DNA of 63,555 nt, the filler included, from Collodictyon triciliatum (lineage: Eukaryota), in NCBI GenBank assembly GCA_043381765.1. It is 4 parts of 4 records of this genome, joined end to end, with 100 filler letters (N's around TTAATTAATTAA, not from the genome) between each part and the next. Parts side by side here need not be neighbours in the genome. Positions count along the whole stretch, not along the records: positions 53,044 to 63,555 come from JBHJMP010001525.1; 3 more parts are not named here. One strand, written 5' to 3'. Under the pieces are notes generated by a model. It searched no databases. It saw nothing but the letters and a program-made list of their open reading frames with translations, and had not been told where the DNA came from. The stretch's first letter is position 1, and each line of letters opens with the position of its first letter. This document shows positions 55,888 to 63,555 of this stretch, one piece after another. Made by a program: the position numbers and the translations under genes.

Positions 55888-56714
55888 TATGCAGCTGAGA
55901 AAATGTCTGTCCTGCACGTTGGATTATGTTGAGTCGAGAGCACACTTGCAGATAGAAAAAGAAAAAAAGAAAGAATGAATGAATCAGGCAGTTTCACGCC
56001 TTTGCTTCTGCAATACTACTCATAAACTCTGGGCGAGTATATCGGGCAATTATGTTTTCTGCTGCCGTAAAGACGAAAGGAAAGGAAACAAGAGAAGGGG
56101 AAGATGGGGGAAAGTAGCGGGCTTGCTTTCCTAGTGAGCTTTGGAATGATCGGCTGTGGTCTCTGAGAATATCAAGAGAGCGGTCATTCTGATCACTTAT
56201 ATTCTTTTCCTTTATATTTTTTTTTAATTATTTTCATTATCTTTTTTTTTTTTGAAGCTAAAAAGCTGTTACAACAAAACCGACAGAAGAGCTCAAGAGG
56301 ATAATTGGTAAAGTATTGTCTGAATGACCCTAGGCGGGAAAGACACGCCAGCTCCATTCCAATCTCTTCTCTTTGCTCTCTGTCAACATGGTTGCTTCTG
56401 CTCGCTCGTTGACTCTTTCAGCTCTTTGAGAAAAGGACGCACAAGAATACTCTGGTTTGCATTCTCCTCCGCCCTTTCTCGCGGGACCTTTGGCGTGGAA
56501 TGTTTGCCGCGTCGAAAAGGAACACTTGTGATTGAGTTGAGAGACAACTCGAACTTTATGCTTGCAAATCGAGCCTTTGAACCGCCTTGTTGCCGCGGCC
56601 GTGGGTGAATACGACCAATCTGGCATTTTCGGATCTTTTGTGTCTCTCTCCAAACTGTGTTGTCTGTGTTTCTGTCTTTGTTTGATCCGTTATGTGTTTG
56701 AACCAAACCTCTGT

Positions 56715-56744
56715 GTTTTTTTTTTTTTTTTTTTTGGTTTTTTT

Positions 56745-56803
<59 letters not shown>

Positions 56804-56849
56804 GTTTTTTTGGTTTTTTGGTTTTTTTTTTTTTTTTTTTTTTTTTTTT
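56715..56849. repeat. Poly-T tract with GG interruptions
   Basis: Read directly. Confidence 0.9.
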
Positions 56850-57361
56850 GATTTATGTTTTCTGTTGCTTCTTCAAATGTTTGAATCCTGTGTTTCCTTT
56901 AAATGGGGATTGGCAGCAGACTTGGAGTTGGAGAATTAGAATTTAAAAAGTCCAAAAGCGGCTGGACAGGTATGGAAATCGTGTGGGAATTTGCTGTGAT
57001 TTTTGCACAATATGGAATTTATTTCTATTTATATTATACATTATATATAAAATCATTTAGGCACTAATTATAATAATTTTACAATAATTATATTGATAAT
57101 ATATTATACAAATTGTGATATCCTAGATGCAATATTTTCTAATTTGATGGATATGGGTCTCATTTTTGTCGACTGGACATTGTCAGATAATTTCATAGAA
57201 GATACTGATTTTGTTCCAGAACAATACAAAAGCAATTAATTTTGGCAATAACGTTGGTGTTCTTGAACTCTTTGCACCTGCCACTCAGTCACACAGAGAA
57301 GCCCGTTAAGTAAAGGGTCGCACGTCACAGATCAACGGCGGCGGTGCTCGGCCTCGTTTAT

Positions 57362-57447
57362 TTCTTTTTTTTTCTTTTCTTTTCTTTTCTTTTCTTTTCT
57401 TTTCTTTTCTTTTCTTTTCTTTTCTTTTCTTTTCTTTTCTTTTCTTT

Positions 57448-57507
<60 letters not shown>

Positions 57508-57509
57508 TC
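57362..57509. repeat. Compound (TTTTC)n(TTTC)n microsatellite
   Basis: Read directly. Confidence 0.95.
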
Positions 57510-57574
57510 ATCGACGTAACACGGCATATTTCTTTCAGAGGGGAAGACTGGGGAAGCCATCCAAATCAGAAAGA

Positions 57575-60049
57575 ATGGCTCAGATTGCTCCCTTTACGAC
57601 ACAAGAGAATATTTGTGCCGCTCAAAGCGTGTGGTTGGATCCTGTTCCAGAGAACCATTCTCTTGAAAAAGGAGACCGCAACGAGCAAGTTTTTCGAAAT
57701 CTGATGTTTATGAGTATCGGAGACTACAAGTTGCTAGATTCATCAGACACAGTTATTTGCAGACTGATTGGAGGAAGAAAAGTTCGCCGTTTTTTGGCAG
57801 TTGTCAAGAAATATTATACTATCATGTTTCTAATTTGGCTCAGCTCAATCAACTTATTTATAATTTAAGCTTTTCAATTATTTTACTCAGAGAATGCTGG
57901 GATGCTATTTTACTATCTTCTTGGTTCATGCTCTCCGATGTTTTTTTTGTTGTACTTACCACACAGGATACTCATGGACTCTATTAAATCGTTCAATACG
58001 CTATATCTTTTGTGCAACTTGCTATCCAATACCATTTTTCTGTACTTTTACTATCCAGAGTACCAGTTCCTTTGGGGCGCTTCATTTATCTACTTTTCTT
58101 CCTACATCTACGGAATTTTTGTTGATATATCAAATGTTCAATTTGGTGTTTATCAAAAGTGGATGAAAGCCAAGGTTGACTCCTTGAGAAATGAACCAAA
58201 TATCCGTGAACTACAGGAACGGTATCTGGAAGATATGAGATTGCAAGATACCAAAGTAATCCTGCATGCCTCTTGCTTGGTGAAAACATATGCGCTTATT
58301 AGAGACCTTGATTTTGCTCCCGAATTTTCCGCAGTTGCTAAAAAATCACACCATGGCGTTATGTCCTCCACCACATCAAGAAGTATGTACATTTCTATCA
58401 TATTTGGTACCTCAATCCAGTCTTTGATAAACTTCATTATTCAATCAAACTATCTCAACTATGAGGAAAAGATTCTGATCGATATAGGATGGGAAGTATG
58501 GACGACTCGTGACCTAATATTATTTACTTCGATTAACATGTTTATCTTTACCTTAAACCGACTTTTTCTTATTTATACCAACCCTTCGAAGCAGTCATGT
58601 TACAAGAGAGGAATGATTAGAGTGCCGATGCTACCTGATTGGAAGATATTGCTAGAGAAATTGATAGAGACCAGGAAAGCATCAACTAAATCAAAAATTC
58701 TACATCCTGTCGAGCAAGCAGACGTGAAAGAGTTATCAGAGGAGCCATCAACGCGGACCATACAAAATTCTTTGACAGAAACGAAAAACAGAATTGACGC
58801 TCAGGTCATAGGAATCCACCAGAATTTTTCAACTTTGCCGTACATCGTTCCTCGAAATGTTTTCTGCTCCTCTAGGATTATAGCTCTAATTGAGGGAGAT
58901 AATAGGATTATTGACGTTGAATTATCAAAATCAGTAATGAAAAAATTAATATCGAGACTTGGTAGTAGAGCCAAAGCAATTTTCAAAATATTCAGATTAT
59001 TCGTATTTGTATGCTGGATATTATCCTATGTCCTATCATTTGCCATCACTTTCACAAGGAATCCTGTTTTCATGTTGATATACAAGTGCCTATCCATTTT
59101 TTCCTTTATAGATATCGGTGTTTTTTTGCTCAGCATACCGCAGGACATTTACAAGGAGAGCCTGAAAAGCTTTGAGACCGTCCTGATTATTTTAAATATG
59201 TTTATGGCTCCCATAGCGATGATGGATTGCTTTGAGTGGAAAGGTGACCGTGTGAACTTTGGATGCCCCTTACTGCTTTTATCCTTGTGCAGAGTCATAT
59301 TCTACGATTTAATTCAGATCCCATGGTCAAGCCTGCAAAAAAACATCCGTCTCGTACATGTGGATGAAAATTTCCAGAGAGATATGCCTTTCACATTCCA
59401 TTTGCTCCGCCGCCTTCACCAGCACTACGTCGAGAGTGGGCAATTCACGGAAGATACCCTTCAATACACGGTGCCATTACAAATCGAAGGAAAGTGCGAG
59501 GGAAGAGACACCATCGATATGACTTTAAAAGAACGCATCATATATCACAAAATTTTTGGGTTTGGAGGAATTTATTACTACACCGCAACGATTATGATTT
59601 GTGTGGCCCTCTACGTGCAATTTGTCGGGGGGTTAGCATATGGGGTTAATGTGCGCACGATTGAAGTGTTTTTCATAAAATGGAGAAACATTAGTGTAAT
59701 GAAGTCCTCGCTCCTGAACATCGTTATTTTTAGTGGAAAGAGATTGTATCAGAGTATTATGAATCCGATGATATCAACAACAATAACAAACACACAGCTC
59801 TGTGTACCTCTCGTTCCTTCTTTTTTGTACCTGTACGAACAAAAGGCTTCTGTAAATGGCAGTTCTGGACCCGTTGACCAAAAGGCTGGAACGCACAGTC
59901 TGCAAGAGTCAAGCATAGTGGATTCGGCAAGAAAGGTTGAATACCAGTCGTTGTTTTCAGGTAGAGATACAAACATCATAGAAACTCCACAATTGGAGGC
60001 AATACCATCCTATGAGAATGTCATTTGTATGACAGAGATGGCAGACTGA
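57575..60049 (+). CDS. Intronless multi-pass membrane protein with two internal repeats, interrupted by one in-frame TAA at 57866-57868
   Basis: ATG 57575 and the 715-aa ORF 57902-60049 are in the same frame, separated only by one TAA. Many hydrophobic segments. Repeats LYLPHRILMDSIKSFNT / LSIPQDIYKESLKSFET. Confidence 0.7.
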
Positions 60050-60301
60050 TTGAACTCATCCCCAGATGAGTTGTTTCTTTTGAAAGCCCCACAATAAAGT
60101 AAGCAAAGTGAAATACACATATTTCTTATTTTTGTCTTGAAGCACAAAAAAAAGAGACAAAACGGACAAGAAAATATGATGCAAAGAGCCGAGAGCATCT
60201 GAAAAAAATACATGAATTCTATTATTCAGATACCATTTGTAAGTGTTGATTTGATTCATGTGGAGCATTTGTTAATTTATACGATGCAATCAGAACATTT
60301 T

Positions 60302-63300
60302 TCAATTTTCATCAGGGTCTCCAGGCAGCGCGAATGTGATTGGGGCATACACATGTGGTATAGAGTCGCTGTCAACAGAGCCTGGTGTAAAGTATATTGC
60401 ATAACCCACTGTTTTTGTTAAGTCCACATCATCGCTGGCATCAAGGGGTGCCTCTATCGGTTGTCCTGAGGCACTCGGTGTTGAATTTGTAGGCGATTGC
60501 GGATTTGTGCTGGCATCTCGTTGTGAAGAGGGTGGGATTTGGAGATATGGATGGCTCAAAAGATCAGGGTTTATAGGTACAGAATTCGGGCCTGCAACGT
60601 ACTCCGCTTCAAAGTGAAAGTAAAGGGGGGATATGTGAGTATGTATTTTGGATTCTGAGTGTAGATTATCTCTGGATAGAGCGGCTGCTCTCAGATGAAA
60701 TATCCTTATTGCGAATCATAAAAAGAAAAAAAAAAGAAAAAGTCATATTATTACGGTGTGTATGCGTGCATGAGCAATCAGCCTTACGTGGGTCAGGATT
60801 CCGACCTCCCGTCTCCGACTTTGAGTAGCGATGGGAGGTTGAAGGTGAGCTTCCAGGTCGCCGTGATGTTGGAGTGATACCTACAGCACTTGAATTCAAT
60901 TTGTGTGCAGAGAAACAAGAATAAGATATATATATATATATAGTTCAAGAATATTTGAACCGCAGACTTTGAACAATTCATGGTTTTTGGTGATATATTT
61001 AATATTAGAATAAGAAAGCACAGCAAAGAAAAGAATGGTGAAGAGAGTAAATATAATGCTGAAGGAACGCAAGAAGGGTTCTAGGTTTCAAAAACTAGTA
61101 GTATTGTTGGAAATGAAGGCGATTGAATTTTGGATTTATGAATTTTTTTGATAAGTCAAAAAAAAAAAAAAGGAATAAATGTGACCTCCACATATTACCA
61201 CCATATAATCCCTCCCGCAATATATCGAGCTTACTCTAGGATTTGTGAGTGGCACTTGGGTAGGTTGAGTTCGGGTGGCTGTGTCGCCCAGCCCAAGTTG
61301 TCCGTACTTGTTTTCACCAAACGTGTATACACGCTTGTTTGCTTTGTTCATTTAATTAATTTTATTTGTTAGGCCACCCACGAGCGGAGTTTGACTGAGG
61401 ATTCATTCTGATAAAAAAAAAAAAACAATATGAAGGCAGTCTGCACGATTTTAGTCTTTACCTAGCAACACAGCTGAAAAGTTGTTCCCGGCAGCAATCT
61501 GGACTGGATTTTGGAGGATGCTTGGATTTACAAGCATAAATTCTGGGACAGAGGCCTTTGCAGAGGTGCTATCCACCCCGAGCTGTCCCTTGCTATTATC
61601 TCCACAAGCGAATATGGTTCTGTTATCTTAAGTTTGACAGCACGACGTTACAACATGATTTTCCATTTTTTTTTAAGTAATTTATGGATTTATCTTGATT
61701 TAGCTAATTAAGAGATAAAACGTTAAAGTATGGAATCACTATCGGTCTTGATAATATATCCAGAAAAAAAAATCCGAATATCATCCAAATACATCTTATT
61801 CATTCAAATGTGAATGACGAACCGCATAAAACGAGTGTATGACTTGCCCCGAGTGCAACTTGACTAACTAGGTAACCTTCTTGAACTTTGACGATTACAG
61901 GAGAAAGCTGGTTTCCTGTACTTCCGTTCCCTAACTGTCCACTAGAACCACGGCCTGCGTGAATCATAAAAGTTTCTCAATTATACATTCATAATTTCTG
62001 TTTGTTTGGTTTCCAATGAACAAACAAACAAAAAAAAACGTTATGAAGGATATGTTAAATCTAATCCCAAGTCATACCAAACATGAGAAGACGCCCATCA
62101 TCTTTTAAGCCAAAAAAGAAAAAGACAACCGTTAACAAATATATAATTATTAAAAATTGAGTGTGAAGAGAAACGATTGATAATCCTCTGACAATGACGT
62201 ATTCCTTTTTAAAGCTCGAATTTTATACCCATACCTTATCGATAAATAAATATAATTGAGCTCATGGCTATGACTTCAAGGAAATACAAACAAACCCGAA
62301 ACTAAAGCAGAGTGGTGTGTGCCACATGCAATATCAGCAATTCTCTTTTCGTGTATTGCGTCGATTTTCATAGGTTTTTGCTGAGATGAGGTTCTCCCGT
62401 GACCGAGTTGTCCATATTCCCCCGAACCTATTCAACCGATGGGTTTCAAATACACTTTTTTAATATGATTTTCGTAACATTTTTTTATCAGCAGTATTTC
62501 ATCCATAACTGCAGCCGTATTGCCACAAAGTGCACATATCAAAGGGCGCAATGAGTGTGCAAAAGTCAGTAAATATCATTTTATGAGGGAAAAACAGAAT
62601 GTTGAATGGGGATTTTTGCTACCCCACGAAAAGACTTCTCCATCTGCTGAGCGCGCTAATGAGTGGCCTAATTAAAGTATGAATAAATACAAGGGTGAGG
62701 GTTTAGCATTACATATCGTGACGCCGGAAAAGACTGAAATTCAAGTCCATTGTGACAAATTGAAGAAGCTGTGTTGGGGGGAAACCTGGACTACATGCAA
62801 CTTGCACGATTTTGATTGTTCCAAAAGCATTTAATTGAATCGGGGAAGACCTGCACCCCCCATCACAGTATTATATCAGATGCATGAATAAATATATATG
62901 CCAATAAAGACCTCGCATACCGGATCTAATCATTTTTTAGTAAAGGATTAAAGTATACTTAATGGGAGACAAAGCATCGGACAAAGATGTGGTGGTTCCC
63001 ATCACACCCTTTCGTGAGTTTCCCACTGCGAAGACTCGACCTTCCTTGTCGACTATCAAAGAGTGATATTCCCCAGCTGCAATATCGACAACCTTCATTT
63101 GAAGTTTGTCCAGCTAAAATAGCATATTCCGCCCGAGCGAGTGTCATAGTTTTGGTCATGTTTATGATGAGGATTAGAAAGAGAGGTATTTCAAAAGTGA
63201 CTGAATAATTCAATTAATGAAGTGTGGAATAACTTGACTTGGATTGACTCTTTCATGAAAACACCAATGAAAATTGATTCTTTTTTTTTTTTTTTTTTTG

Positions 63301-63555
63301 GAAAAGGTAATCCTCAGATTTAGAACTGTAGACAAGGTCCTTACAAGCTTTGGGATCAGCTGCAAATCCCCGTGGGTGAGTGCCAAAACGCCGTTCTCAG
63401 CTGAGCCCCATGCGTACGGGGACTGGGATTGGTGAACAGCAAGAACATGTGTTGGGCCACAGGAGACTTTCAGGAGATTCTGAGAGCGCAGAGGCTGGAA
63501 TATAGATTTATAAGCAACTCTTTCGTTTCTCTTTGAGACATTCAAAGTATCGTTC
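60302..63555 (-). CDS. RCC1-repeat (beta-propeller) protein; 5' end probably outside the window
   Basis: VSCGPTHVLAV...YAWG, IAAGEYHSLIVDKEGRVFAVG, GEYGQLGHG, IACGTHHSAL, VYTFGENKYGQLGLGD over many exons; last exon ends LPGDPDEN-stop at 60302. Confidence 0.88.

Noticed and set aside
56324-56706. GC-richer block with several overlapping ORFs of about 100 aa upstream of the SLC35B gene
   Set aside because: No recognisable motif or convincing splice structure, and I cannot choose a frame.
57866-57868. Genome-wide TAA reassignment
   Set aside because: Anoctamin, the cyclase and the SLC35B gene terminate at TAA, and conserved exons elsewhere contain no internal TAA or TAG.

Overview
Eukaryotic, intron-rich, AT-rich genomic scaffold, probably from a protist (a TTLL glutamylase and a Tubby protein are compatible with a flagellate; I cannot identify the species). 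It is dense in microsatellites and has several N gaps, three of which are artificial 100-nt joins (44 N + TTAATTAATTAA + 44 N). Spliced genes reconstructed by hand: an ankyrin-repeat/pseudokinase protein ending in a CaaX box (-), an anoctamin/TMEM16 (-), an acidic pentapeptide-repeat protein (-), a membrane class III nucleotide cyclase (+), a GAIN/GPS-domain protein fused in frame to an SLC37/GlpT-type MFS transporter (-), a TTLL tubulin ligase (+), a Tubby-domain protein (-), PPCS (-), DOLPP1 (-), an SLC35B nucleotide-sugar/PAPS transporter (-), an intronless internally duplicated membrane protein interrupted by one in-frame TAA (+), and an RCC1-repeat protein (-). LINE-like remnants are also present. 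The most unusual item is the GAIN/GPS-TM-MFS fusion, a candidate adhesion-receptor-like transporter. All assignments come from motif recognition without database searches, and exon boundaries are approximate unless stated.
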